Both the position numbers and the translations under genes were made by a program. Below the pieces are notes generated by a model. It ran no database searches and was not told where the DNA came from. It worked only from the letters and a program-made list of their open reading frames with translations. 64,000 nt of DNA from a virus. Taxonomy: Duplodnaviria; Caudoviricetes. Location of the stretch: the IMG/VR virus record IMGVR_UViG_3300037067_027649, positions 1-64,000 of that record; one strand, written 5' to 3'. This document shows positions 17,362 to 27,067 of the stretch, in pieces. Every line of letters begins with the position of its first letter. Position 1 is the stretch's first letter.

Positions 17362-17483
17362 CAATTAAATAACCAAATAAAAAATTTACATAGATACACA
17401 CCAATTGTAATTAAACCAACTACACTTAATAGTAATACAACAACCCAAAAATAATCGGAATCAGTGTTAATAAGTTTTTTCAT
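17358..17483 (-). CDS. 41-aa membrane peptide whose last codons were replaced by the cassette
   Basis: MKKLINTDSDYFWVVVLLLSVVGLITIGVYLCKFFIWLFNC*; TAG stop supplied by the cassette end. Confidence 0.6.
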   Translation of the reverse strand: MKKLINTDSDYFWVVVLLLSVVGLITIGVYLCKFFIWLFNC

Positions 17484-17487
17484 AATT

Positions 17488-18003
17488 TTAAAATAAAGAT
17501 GTATTTGTAGATTTAGAAAATCTATCAATAAGTTTTAAGATAATTTCATTATCTGAATTTATCATTAATTCATTTTTATCATCATATTGAATATCAACAT
17601 CTTTAATTTTATTTTCTATGATTGAAGATAAAATATTTTTATTGATTGTTGGTAAATTTTCAATTTTTGGGTAAGCAGCAATTATTTTAAAACAATTATG
17701 TTTTATCATAAAATGTGTATTACATCTATCAGCTTCATCATCATCTTGACATTTCATAATTTCAAAATCATTACCTTTATCTGTAACGTCACTTAAATCA
17801 TAAAGATAATAATCATCAGTTTTGATAATATCTTTTGATATTAAAATCATTTGATACGGTGTCCAATGAATATCATTACAACTTTCCATCATTTTGATGA
17901 TATTTTCATCTAAAATTATTATAGTATCTGTTAATTTTGATTTACAGATATCACCAACTTCTAAGTTCTTTTTAATAGGAACAAAATATAAATGTTTTTC
18001 CAT
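17488..18003 (-). CDS. Hypothetical phage protein
   Basis: 171-aa ORF. Confidence 0.75.
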   Translation of the reverse strand: MEKHLYFVPIKKNLEVGDICKSKLTDTIIILDENIIKMMESCNDIHWTPYQMILISKDIIKTDDYYLYDLSDVTDKGNDFEIMKCQDDDEADRCNTHFMIKHNCFKIIAAYPKIENLPTINKNILSSIIENKIKDVDIQYDDKNELMINSDNEIILKLIDRFSKSTNTSLF

Positions 18004-18004
18004 A

Positions 18005-18280
18005 TTATAAAATATTTTTTAATTTCATTCTTCTTTTTAAAGAAATATCATCAGTATCCCAAAATTCACAAGGAATTTTTTCATCTAAGATTTTAAAACA
18101 ATTTTTACTTATTTCACAATCATCATTATATCCAAATATTTCAGAACCACTATATGCATGATATTTACATGAATGACATAATTTTAATTTAGGATTAAAA
18201 TTACATATTTTTTCATGTTCTTTAATCTTTTCTTTAGTTCCAGTTTCACTACAAAAATCACATTTCCAAACTAATTTCAT
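18005..18280 (-). CDS. Zn-finger-like protein with C-terminal tag
   Basis: WKCDFC...HEKIC.FNP...CHSCKY; ends KRRMKLKNIL. Confidence 0.75.
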   Translation of the reverse strand: MKLVWKCDFCSETGTKEKIKEHEKICNFNPKLKLCHSCKYHAYSGSEIFGYNDDCEISKNCFKILDEKIPCEFWDTDDISLKRRMKLKNIL

Positions 18281-18570
18281 TTATTTAAAATTTTATTAAT
18301 TTTAAGTTTTCTTTCTAATTTATTATTTTGTGCTTCCCAAAATTTACAAGGTATATTATTATCCATTATTATACTTTTGATGAATTTAGATTTTGGACAT
18401 GTAAAAAGAACTTCACAATTTTCATTTTCAGAATAATAATGATATTTACAAGTTGGACATAATTTATTTTTCAAATTATATACACAACTATCTTCATGTT
18501 TAGCTACAATTCGTCTACTTTTATCACTAAAATTACAATATTTATATTTACATTTCCAAATTATTTCCAT
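18277..18570 (-). CDS. Zn-finger-like paralog with C-terminal tag
   Basis: Start moved to ATG 18570 (MEIIWKCKY); ends ERKLKINKILNK. Confidence 0.75.
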   Translation of the reverse strand: MEIIWKCKYKYCNFSDKSRRIVAKHEDSCVYNLKNKLCPTCKYHYYSENENCEVLFTCPKSKFIKSIIMDNNIPCKFWEAQNNKLERKLKINKILNK

Positions 18571-18584
18571 ATAATTATAAAATA

Positions 18585-18592
18585 CAAATATA
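18585..18592 (-). promoter_or_regulatory. Bacteroidota-type -7 element TATATTTG
   Basis: 15 nt upstream of ATG 18570. Confidence 0.55.
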
Positions 18593-18615
18593 ATAATTTT
18601 TATTATAAAAAACAA

Positions 18616-19107
18616 TTAAATATCTTTATTTTCTTCTTTTTTCAAATGTGGAAATAGTTTATAAAATCTTTTCCAAGCTGTTTTTCTTTTTTTACTTGGA
18701 TATCTTATACTATTATAATTATCATGACCACTACCACAATTTATATAAGTTTTATTATCTTGTCTTGGTGGTTTTGTCATAGTATTCATATGTTTATGCT
18801 TAACGTGTTGATCTAAATTATTATAAGTCCAATGATATTGTAAATCTATAACACTAACATTAGCTTTATCATATAACAAATAAACTTTTATTGAATCATC
18901 TAATTTTTTTCTTTCATTTTTTTGTCTTGTACTATAAGAAATCATCATATTTTTTAATGATGATTTAAGTATGAAATTATTGGAACGTATTAATGATGTT
19001 AATACACCATATTCTTTATCGGTTAAAGATTTTAATAAATCTTCAACCTTTAATATAGTATCTTTATAATTTTCAAAATATTCCTTTACATCATCTTCAC
19101 TGTGCAT
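18616..19107 (-). CDS. Hypothetical protein
   Basis: C-terminal IRYPSKKRKTAWKRFYKLFP. Confidence 0.7.
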   Translation of the reverse strand: MHSEDDVKEYFENYKDTILKVEDLLKSLTDKEYGVLTSLIRSNNFILKSSLKNMMISYSTRQKNERKKLDDSIKVYLLYDKANVSVIDLQYHWTYNNLDQHVKHKHMNTMTKPPRQDNKTYINCGSGHDNYNSIRYPSKKRKTAWKRFYKLFPHLKKEENKDI

Positions 19108-19387
19108 AAGGCTTCCATTCTTTATATTTAATTAATTCTTTTTCATCATCATTAAGAAGATATTCAAGTACTTCAAGTACTGCTTTATCTTCTTTTTTCA
19201 AAAGTCCAGAATAATCCCATTTATCAGGATTTGCTATATATTCAAACCATTCATATAATTCATCTGGTTTTTCTTTTTTATATTCAACACAAATTCTTGC
19301 TTGCTGCTGAATTTTACTTAACATATTACCTCTAATTTCAGCAAGAATTTTATATGTTTTTAATTCAATATCTTTTGTTGTTTTCAT
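19097..19387 (-). CDS. Hypothetical protein
   Basis: ORF in operon. Confidence 0.65.
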   Translation of the reverse strand: MKTTKDIELKTYKILAEIRGNMLSKIQQQARICVEYKKEKPDELYEWFEYIANPDKWDYSGLLKKEDKAVLEVLEYLLNDDEKELIKYKEWKPYAQ

Positions 19388-19389
19388 AT

Positions 19390-19590
19390 TTATTTATTAA
19401 AAAATTTTCCAGTTCCACCACATTTACTACAAGTGAAAGTTAAACTACTTCCACAATAACCACGTTTACCAACATATGTTTTACCACTTCCATAACAATT
19501 AGGACATTTGTTATGAAATAACCCATAAAACCATTCATGTATAGTTTTAAAAAATGGTTTACCATTAATATTTATTTCTATAAATGCCAT
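19390..19590 (-). CDS. Small protein with DnaJ-type Zn-finger repeats
   Basis: CPNCYGSG and CSKCGGTG (CxxCxGxG twice). Confidence 0.75.
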   Translation of the reverse strand: MAFIEININGKPFFKTIHEWFYGLFHNKCPNCYGSGKTYVGKRGYCGSSLTFTCSKCGGTGKFFNK

Positions 19591-19594
19591 AATT

Positions 19595-19987
19595 TTATTT
19601 ATAAATAGTTCCTATTTTAACTCGTTTATATGTTGGTACATCAATAAAATATGTTTCTTCTTTTGGTGTTATTATTTGTGCTATTGTATGATTTCTTCTT
19701 AATATTGCATCATAATAACTATCAATAATAATAGCTTTATAACCAACTGGCATATCTTCGCCATCATCTAAAATAGAATCATGAACATAATCATACATAT
19801 CATCACTTTTATTATTTTTAAAAAGTTCTTTATGTAAATTTCTTCTTTCTTCTGTTAGAATATTTATTTTTTTAGATGCTAATCTATGTTCTTCTGATCT
19901 AACATCAGTTTCCGCAAATCTATTAAGAGCATCAGATGTTTGATTTTCAAAATCTTTAAATGTGTTTATTAATTCTTCTATATTCAT
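19595..19987 (-). CDS. Hypothetical protein
   Basis: 130-aa ORF. Confidence 0.7.
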   Translation of the reverse strand: MNIEELINTFKDFENQTSDALNRFAETDVRSEEHRLASKKINILTEERRNLHKELFKNNKSDDMYDYVHDSILDDGEDMPVGYKAIIIDSYYDAILRRNHTIAQIITPKEETYFIDVPTYKRVKIGTIYK

Positions 19988-20000
19988 AAAAAATATTTTT

Positions 20001-20180
20001 TTATTTATAGTCAGGTAATAAAGATTTGTTGTTATCTTCTAATATTTTTCTCGCTATCTTTCTTGCATCATCAGCAAAATCACCTTTAATTTGTTTTCTA
20101 CCTAAAGGTGTATCAACAACAGCCATTAAATTAATAATACAGTCCAATAGCTCCTGTTTTGATTGTTTTATTTCATCCAT
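20001..20180 (-). CDS. Small hypothetical protein (59 aa, not in ORF track)
   Basis: MDEIKQSKQELLDCIINLMAVVDTPLGRK... Confidence 0.55.
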   Translation of the reverse strand: MDEIKQSKQELLDCIINLMAVVDTPLGRKQIKGDFADDARKIARKILEDNNKSLLPDYK

Positions 20181-20192
20181 GATTTATATTAT

Positions 20193-20702
20193 TTAATAAT
20201 AAACTATTTCTAATTTTTCATTTAAATATCCAACAATTCTAATTGTTGAATCTCCATCATAACCACCAGAATAATCATCAAATGTAATATCATAATTAAT
20301 TTCAACAACAATATAATTTGTTGTTGGTATTATGTGATGCATTAAATCTTCTTCTGTATGTGGTGTGAATACCGATAAAATATGTTCAAAATTAAAATTT
20401 TTAAATAAATCATCACAGCCAGCATTATCAATTTCTTCTTTCAATAAACTATCTATGGTATCAAGATTAAAAATTAAAAATTTTTGAGGTTCATCTTTAT
20501 ATGAAAATCCCATATATTGTAAATAAAAATCTGATAATGTTGGACATTTATTATTTTTTTCATTTAAAGTATATTTAGGTAAAAATTTAAAAATATTTTC
20601 AGGTATTTTTTGTTTTTCTCTTAATTTAAATAAATAATTATCAGTTATTTCATATAACTGAACACCTAATAAAGTTCTAACTGTATGATTGCCAGTTTCC
20701 AT
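20193..20702 (-). CDS. Hypothetical protein
   Basis: 169-aa ORF. Confidence 0.75.
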   Translation of the reverse strand: METGNHTVRTLLGVQLYEITDNYLFKLREKQKIPENIFKFLPKYTLNEKNNKCPTLSDFYLQYMGFSYKDEPQKFLIFNLDTIDSLLKEEIDNAGCDDLFKNFNFEHILSVFTPHTEEDLMHHIIPTTNYIVVEINYDITFDDYSGGYDGDSTIRIVGYLNEKLEIVYY

Positions 20703-20872
20703 TTTATTTTTTATTTACATTTTTACACCACCAAATATACAATTCTTCTGTTGTATATTTCTTATTATGAATATCATCTATAGTATAAAATAAATCATAC
20801 CAATCGTTTTCAACTAAATCTTCTGGATTATTTTGAAATTTAACCCTTAACCATTCGGCAAATTTTATAATA

Positions 20873-21397
20873 TCATTCATATTTTTTATAATAAATTATT
20901 TTGTAAGATATATTTGATATACTTCTTTGTATATCTGTTTCTCTTATTGAATCAAAATTTGAAAATATTTTTTCAATAGGAAATTTTCTATTACCATTTG
21001 GAAATTCTTTATATACCCAAGTAATAATAGCTTCATCACAATAATCAATTAAAAATTGATAAATAGAAGAACCACCAGCAACATATATTTCATTTATATC
21101 AGTTAATTTTTCTAATATAGAAATATCGTTACAGAAATATAATTTATAATCACCATTATTTTCAATAATCAAATCATTTTCCTGATCTTTATTTAAAATT
21201 ATATAATTTCTGTTTTCAAAAGCTTTTTTTGGTAAAGTTAAATAAGTAACATACCCAACTAATAATGTATTATTTATAGTTGTATTTCGAAAATGTTTAA
21301 AATCTTCTGGTATTCTCCAAGGTATTTCGTTATCCACACCAATTGTACCATCAGTTGATACTGCAGCTATTGCTATGAGTTTTTTATTATATAACAT
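20873..21397 (-). CDS. folA: Dihydrofolate reductase
   Basis: IAAVSTDGTIGVDNEIPWRIPEDFKHF, YVAGGSSIY. Confidence 0.93.
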   Translation of the reverse strand: MLYNKKLIAIAAVSTDGTIGVDNEIPWRIPEDFKHFRNTTINNTLLVGYVTYLTLPKKAFENRNYIILNKDQENDLIIENNGDYKLYFCNDISILEKLTDINEIYVAGGSSIYQFLIDYCDEAIITWVYKEFPNGNRKFPIEKIFSNFDSIRETDIQRSISNISYKIIYYKKYE

Positions 21398-21411
21398 ATA
21401 TTTTAATTATT

Positions 21412-21624
21412 TTAATCCCATTCTTCTTTATCAGCTTGTGTTTGTGCCATGACAGCTATAATTTGACGTTCACGTTGTGTAAATTGTTCCCAATTATTTT
21501 GCCATTCATAAGGAACATAATTTCTCCAATCATGAACTTTATCTTTATTTTCAAATTCTGGTTTATCAATATTTATCATTGATAATTCTTCTGTATATTC
21601 TTTAAATAAATTCATATTATTCAA
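21412..21624 (-). CDS. Hypothetical phage protein
   Basis: VHDWRNYVP..W..W. Confidence 0.7.
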   Translation of the reverse strand: MNNMNLFKEYTEELSMINIDKPEFENKDKVHDWRNYVPYEWQNNWEQFTQRERQIIAVMAQTQADKEEWD

Positions 21625-21868
21625 TTATTTTAAGTAAACAAATTTTTCTTTCTTCCCACGTATATATACCTTGTTGACAATCATCAATAAAATCGTGATC
21701 GCAATATTTTAAATTATTTATTTTATCAATTAAATATTGTATCATTTCATCAAAAAATTTTAATGCTTCATCTTTACCTTTTTGAATTATATATTCACGT
21801 GTAGTTCTTTCGATATAGATATCATAAGTTTCAAACATAATGTTAATTTTTATTTTCAATATATCCAA
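21617..21868 (-). CDS. Hypothetical protein
   Basis: ORF in operon. Confidence 0.6.
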   Translation of the reverse strand: MDILKIKINIMFETYDIYIERTTREYIIQKGKDEALKFFDEMIQYLIDKINNLKYCDHDFIDDCQQGIYTWEERKICLLKIIE

Positions 21869-22085
21869 TATAGTTCAATAAAACTTCTTTTGTCCATTCA
21901 GGCGGTAAAGAATTTTCAAATATATTTAAGAATTCTTCAAGAATATCATTATTATTTACAATAATATCACATATGAAAATTTGTTTATCAACTATTTTTT
22001 TCTTTTTTAAATATGATAAAAATAAAATTCTTTTATTTTCATCTTTAATTTTCTTTATTTCTTCTTTTAAATTATTCATCAACAT
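21843..22085 (-). CDS. Hypothetical protein
   Basis: ORF in operon. Confidence 0.55.
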   Translation of the reverse strand: MLMNNLKEEIKKIKDENKRILFLSYLKKKKIVDKQIFICDIIVNNNDILEEFLNIFENSLPPEWTKEVLLNYIGYIENKN

Positions 22086-22386
22086 TACAATCTTTATATT
22101 TATTTAACATATATGTTTGAATAATATCTTCAATGATAAGTAAATCTTTTATATCAATTGTAACAGTATCTTTTAATTGTTTTGTTTTATCTAAATATAA
22201 AAGCATAGAATTTCTTCCTACACTTTTACCAATTTCAATATTTTGTTCAGCTTTAGATTTTTCGTAATTAAGTCTTATGTTTGAATATTCTTTTACCAAA
22301 AGAATAATACATATAAAACAAAAAATAATAACCACCACAAAGGTTAATTTTAAAATTATTGCTTTTTTTGATGTTTTGTTATTCAT
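22072..22386 (-). CDS. Hypothetical membrane-anchored protein
   Basis: N-terminal hydrophobic helix. Confidence 0.65.
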   Translation of the reverse strand: MNNKTSKKAIILKLTFVVVIIFCFICIILLVKEYSNIRLNYEKSKAEQNIEIGKSVGRNSMLLYLDKTKQLKDTVTIDIKDLLIIEDIIQTYMLNKYKDCNVDE

Positions 22387-22441
22387 AATATTATTTTTTA
22401 AACTTGATGTAAATATAGTAAATATTATTTAAATAAAAAAA

Positions 22442-22720
22442 TTAATTAAACATTGTATCATCAACCCAAATTGGTGTTTTTTCACCAACATAAGCACATT
22501 CTACATTATATGAAAAATATTCTTGTGCATCTTCTAAAGTAAGACCATCCCTTAACATGAGTATTTTTATACACTGAGATACTGAATATACTAATTTTTC
22601 ACCACAAACACCTATTATAGCATTTTCAAATCCATCTGCAGATAAATATTCAGTTTCATTATCTAAGAATGTTATTTTTTCAAGATTATTCATTAAAAAT
22701 ATTATTTTTATTGTGTTCAT
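22442..22720 (-). CDS. Conserved hypothetical phage protein
   Basis: ADGFENAIIGV...YS...I.IL...EDAQEYFSYNV..AYVGEKTP. Confidence 0.75.
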   Translation of the reverse strand: MNTIKIIFLMNNLEKITFLDNETEYLSADGFENAIIGVCGEKLVYSVSQCIKILMLRDGLTLEDAQEYFSYNVECAYVGEKTPIWVDDTMFN

Positions 22721-23153
22721 CTAAAAAATTTTTCAAATTATCTTCACCTAATTTATTCATAAACATTTGATTAGAGTGTAACAATTCGTTAATTAAAAAT
22801 GGATGAATAAAATCTACTAATTTTTCATTTTTTTGTACACCTGAAACATATTTATTAGCTATAACAAAATCGTTTTTCCTTATATTAAAAATAATAAGAT
22901 GTAAGAAATTATACTGACGATATAATTTTATATCTTTTAAATATTTTATTCTTTTATTTGCATATTTATTACTAATATGTAATGTTATATTTATATTTAA
23001 AAAAATAAATATAAGAAAGGAAAAAATTAGGTAGTTATTATTTTTAAATAAACCTATAAAGAATAAAGAAGAAAATAAAATAGTTAAAAAAACTAAAATT
23101 GTTTTATAAATAATTGATTTTCTTTTATATTTTCTTTTAGTAATAAAATCCAT
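22686..23153 (-). CDS. Hypothetical membrane protein
   Basis: Two hydrophobic segments; start moved to ATG 23153. Confidence 0.65.
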   Translation of the reverse strand: MDFITKRKYKRKSIIYKTILVFLTILFSSLFFIGLFKNNNYLIFSFLIFIFLNINITLHISNKYANKRIKYLKDIKLYRQYNFLHLIIFNIRKNDFVIANKYVSGVQKNEKLVDFIHPFLINELLHSNQMFMNKLGEDNLKNFLDEHNKNNIFNE

Positions 23154-23169
23154 AATATTAATTTTTAAA

Positions 23170-23604
23170 TTATTTCTTTTTCTTCTTAAAGATTGTTGAC
23201 GATTTTTTAGAATCAATTTTTTTAGATTCAGTTTTTTTTGTTTCTACTTTTTTTGTAGGTTCAATTTTAGATTCTTCTTTTTTAGATTCAATTTTAGGTT
23301 CATCAACTACATCTCTAACAATCTCTATAACATGCTTTGAATTTATAGTATTTTCACTTTTATCAGAAAAAATTATATCAATATAACCATCAGAATTAAC
23401 ATTTGTTACTAATGGTGTTTCTTTTTCAAGTTTTGAAAAAACACTATTATATTTTTCTTCAAGTGCTGAAATTTGTTTTTTATAAAAATCATTATTTCTC
23501 ATTCTAAATGGTATAGATTTATAAAATAATTTATAATTTAAATCTAATTCTTTTCTGAATGATTCTAAATTAATTTTTATTTGTTGACCTTTTTTTATAT
23601 TCAT
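23170..23604 (-). CDS. Hypothetical protein with low-complexity K/E tail
   Basis: 144-aa ORF. Confidence 0.7.
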   Translation of the reverse strand: MNIKKGQQIKINLESFRKELDLNYKLFYKSIPFRMRNNDFYKKQISALEEKYNSVFSKLEKETPLVTNVNSDGYIDIIFSDKSENTINSKHVIEIVRDVVDEPKIESKKEESKIEPTKKVETKKTESKKIDSKKSSTIFKKKKK

Positions 23605-23658
23605 GATATTTTTATTTTATTTTTATAATTTTTAAAAATATTATTATCTATCATATTA

Positions 23659-23967
23659 TTAAATATAATGTCTACGATAATATTCTAAATTTTGTTCAAT
23701 GCTATCTGATAATACAAAAAGCATTTTCCTATTACTTTTTGGATTGTCAGTTTTACTTGGAATTCTCCAATTACTATTAACAGCCCTTTCATATGCTAAT
23801 TCTCTACCTTCTTTTCTATTAAATTTATCACCTTCATGCAAAAAAGAAACACCAAGTTTTATAGAATCACCATCTTTTATACCACAAAGAGTAAATCTAC
23901 CACCAAAATATTTATTTCCAGCATAAACAATAAACAAATTCTTCGAGTTGTAATCAATTTTTTCCAT
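23659..23967 (-). CDS. Conserved hypothetical phage protein
   Basis: GVS...GDKFNRKEGRELAYERA. Confidence 0.75.
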   Translation of the reverse strand: MEKIDYNSKNLFIVYAGNKYFGGRFTLCGIKDGDSIKLGVSFLHEGDKFNRKEGRELAYERAVNSNWRIPSKTDNPKSNRKMLFVLSDSIEQNLEYYRRHYI

Positions 23968-23994
23968 AATTTTATTTTATTTTTTAATTTATTT

Positions 23995-24231
23995 TTAATA
24001 CAATTTATTAAATTCATATTCATCATCTGGTTTAAATACATAAACCAAACCAACAGCAAAACAAATAAATTCTAATGTTATACATATTGAACTTACAATA
24101 AACATTAAATATAATACATATATATTTAATGTTATATTTTTATCTAATAAAAAATCTATACTATTTAATATTAAAGAACAAAATAATACAATAAAAAATA
24201 AAATATAAGATTTTAGTTTATTACTTTCCAT
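23995..24231 (-). CDS. Small membrane protein
   Basis: Two hydrophobic helices. Confidence 0.6.
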   Translation of the reverse strand: MESNKLKSYILFFIVLFCSLILNSIDFLLDKNITLNIYVLYLMFIVSSICITLEFICFAVGLVYVFKPDDEYEFNKLY

Positions 24232-24240
24232 AATATTGTT

Positions 24241-26178
24241 TTATAAATTTAAAAATTCATTGACATACATAATCGGAATACCAAGACTTCTTGCTTTTGT
24301 AGCTTTAGAACTTGTAGTATCCTTATCTTTTACTAACAAATGTGTTGTTTTCTTTGAAACACCACTTGCAATAATTCCTCCATTTTTAACAATAATATCT
24401 TCCAATGAAGCATCTCTGAAACCTGTCATACAAACAGAAAAACCAACATATTTATCACCTGTTAATTCTTTTTTGGGTGTTTGAATATATGAAATCTTAA
24501 CAGGGAAATTTTGATATTTCGAATAATATAAATTTCTTCCTTTAATAAACCAATTTGCAGTTATATCAGAAACTCCATCAATATTGCATAATCTTTCAAC
24601 TACATTATTTTCAAAATCAAAATCACCATCAAATTCATCAAAAATTTTCTGAGCCACTTTCTTACCAAGTTTACCATTGAACAAATCCAAAGCTTGCATC
24701 AAATTAGCAAGTGGTACACCTTCTTCTCTCAATTTTTTAAATTGGGAAAATAATTTGTTAATAGATTTATCAGCCCAACCTTCCATATTTTTTAATTCTT
24801 CATGTGTTATAGTAAGAATTTTTTCTGGTGTATCATAACCTTTATCAAATAATTTTTTAATTTCACCTTCTCCAAAATCATCAATTTCAAGAGAACCGAA
24901 AAAATAAATCAAAGTTGAAAGCATTCTTTCTGAACATTTTTCATTAGGACAAACAAGTTGAATATTATTTTCATTCCATTCTGTTTGTGTTCCACAATAT
25001 GGACAATATTCTAAACTCTTAATATAATTATCAACATCTGATTTTACAAATTTTGTTGTTTGTAAATGTTTAGGTATAACATCACCTGAACGAATGATAT
25101 TAATTTCACTACCAATACAAATATTATTATCAATCACGTATCTCATATTATAACCAGTGACATTTGATATTTGAACACCGCCAACAATAACTGGTTCAAC
25201 ACCAATAACTGGATTGAAAAAACCTTGTTTTGATACACCAATTTTTATTGATATGACCTTTGTTTTTTTAACTTCAGCCCATTCTGGATTTTTATATGCT
25301 ATTGACCAAGCTGGATTATTATTTTCTTCCCTACCTAAGTCTTGACGAAGACTGATATCATTCAATTCAAGAACAATACCATCAATATCAAACATTTTAC
25401 CCCATTCTTTATATAGGTTATCCAATTTCTCTTTAAGATTTTCATCATTCAATTTTAAAACAACATATGGTACTTCAATTGTATTTAAACAATTTAATGT
25501 ATCAAGCTGATCAATTTTAGAAAGTTCTTCACCAGATTTCTTTACAAGACCATAACGCATAAAAACCACATGTTTTAAAATATCTGGTGTAGGTATTTTG
25601 TTATTAAACAATCCAGCAACTGTATTACGAGCAGCTTTATACAACTTACCATTCTTAGGGTTAATTTTACCTTCAAAATATTCTTTCCATGCTGGTTTAG
25701 GTATTAATGCCTCACCATATGAATAGAAATTGTGATTATTTACATTCAACGAACTGAAAAAAGATTCTTTGTTAATATATTTAAAATGTTCAGTTCTATT
25801 CTGACCAAAAAAACCATCACCTCTTGTTAAGGTTTTATTATTAGTTTCTTCATCATTACATAATGATATACCGTCATATTTTGATGTAGCTATTAATTCA
25901 ACATCTTCTGGTAATCCCTTATTTTTAGCCCAACTTCTAATTTCTTGAATAGATTTTTTCTTATTCAAAGAAAACATAGCAATAGGCATTTTTTCCTTAT
26001 CATTATCATCAGGAATTTCTTCCATAACACTATCTTGTGCTAAAATATCATCTGGATATTGTTCACAAAATTTGTAATATCTTTCATCATAAACTGCATC
26101 TGAAACAGTTGGATCACCTGCACGATATTCTTTATTTCTATCAATTAACCATTGTCTTTCTTGATCTATCGTATTCAT
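24241..26178 (-). CDS. ligA: NAD-dependent DNA ligase
   Basis: KYDGIS adenylation motif, TRGDG, DGIV, CPYC..C Zn finger, C-terminal BRCT domain. Confidence 0.95.
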   Translation of the reverse strand: MNTIDQERQWLIDRNKEYRAGDPTVSDAVYDERYYKFCEQYPDDILAQDSVMEEIPDDNDKEKMPIAMFSLNKKKSIQEIRSWAKNKGLPEDVELIATSKYDGISLCNDEETNNKTLTRGDGFFGQNRTEHFKYINKESFFSSLNVNNHNFYSYGEALIPKPAWKEYFEGKINPKNGKLYKAARNTVAGLFNNKIPTPDILKHVVFMRYGLVKKSGEELSKIDQLDTLNCLNTIEVPYVVLKLNDENLKEKLDNLYKEWGKMFDIDGIVLELNDISLRQDLGREENNNPAWSIAYKNPEWAEVKKTKVISIKIGVSKQGFFNPVIGVEPVIVGGVQISNVTGYNMRYVIDNNICIGSEINIIRSGDVIPKHLQTTKFVKSDVDNYIKSLEYCPYCGTQTEWNENNIQLVCPNEKCSERMLSTLIYFFGSLEIDDFGEGEIKKLFDKGYDTPEKILTITHEELKNMEGWADKSINKLFSQFKKLREEGVPLANLMQALDLFNGKLGKKVAQKIFDEFDGDFDFENNVVERLCNIDGVSDITANWFIKGRNLYYSKYQNFPVKISYIQTPKKELTGDKYVGFSVCMTGFRDASLEDIIVKNGGIIASGVSKKTTHLLVKDKDTTSSKATKARSLGIPIMYVNEFLNL

Positions 26179-26189
26179 ACTATTAGTTT

Positions 26190-26492
26190 TTAAAATAATT
26201 TATTGAAATAATCACTCACATAAAGAGAATCACCAAGCCAACCAATAGTATCATCAATTGGGAATGGTTCTTTACAAATAAAAATCATAGAATCATTTTC
26301 CATTAATATTTTACCAGCTACTTTATATTCAGTATCATAAAAAGATTTTCCTGATTCACTATCTTTCTTAAAGAGAACAAGTTGTTCAGTTTCCATTAAT
26401 AATGAACCTTTTACGATTACATATTTATTTTCTTCTTTACATGAAGAAAAAAGAAAAGGAAAAAGAAATAGAAATAAAAATATTTTTTTCAT
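26190..26492 (-). CDS. Putative lipoprotein
   Basis: Start moved to ATG 26492: MKKIFLFLFLFPFLFSSC. Confidence 0.65.
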   Translation of the reverse strand: MKKIFLFLFLFPFLFSSCKEENKYVIVKGSLLMETEQLVLFKKDSESGKSFYDTEYKVAGKILMENDSMIFICKEPFPIDDTIGWLGDSLYVSDYFNKLF

Positions 26493-26513
26493 AATTTTTA
26501 TTTTTTTAAAGTA

Positions 26514-26521
26514 CAAATATA
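26514..26521 (-). promoter_or_regulatory. Bacteroidota-type -7 element TATATTTG
   Basis: 22 nt upstream of ATG 26492. Confidence 0.55.
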
Positions 26522-26547
26522 TAAAAGATATTTAATATAAACAAATA

Positions 26548-27066
26548 TTAACACAAATTATTATCTAAAATATTTTTTTGCTTTAAATTATTAATACTAT
26601 CATTTTTAAATTGTAACATTTTAAAAAATTCATGTGGATAACCATGTTTAATATTTTTTAATTTATATTCTATCATCATATTACTATATTCTATTCTAAT
26701 TTGAATTGTTTTATCTTTTTTAAAAGATATATCAGTATTACAAATAACATAACTTTCGTCTACGCTACGAATTTTAAATATTCTATTATTATCAATATAT
26801 TCATCAGATTCTTGTTTCAAAAACATATATCTACTATATTGAGAATTAGTAACACCAAAAAAACCAAAATTCCAATCGAAATATACAATTATATTATTAT
26901 TATTATCAACTTCTGTCCATTCACTCCATTTAGATATTTTATTTTTTTCAACAGTACAATATCTATATTCATAGATAATACCATAAAAAGTTTTAGGAAT
27001 ACTATCTTGTGAATACAAAGATATATATGATAATAAAATCATTAAAACTAAGGTTACTTTTTTCAT
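26548..27066 (-). CDS. Exported hypothetical protein
   Basis: Signal peptide MKKVTLVLMILLSYISLYSQ. Confidence 0.7.
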   Translation of the reverse strand: MKKVTLVLMILLSYISLYSQDSIPKTFYGIIYEYRYCTVEKNKISKWSEWTEVDNNNNIIVYFDWNFGFFGVTNSQYSRYMFLKQESDEYIDNNRIFKIRSVDESYVICNTDISFKKDKTIQIRIEYSNMMIEYKLKNIKHGYPHEFFKMLQFKNDSINNLKQKNILDNNLC

Positions 27067-27067
27067 A

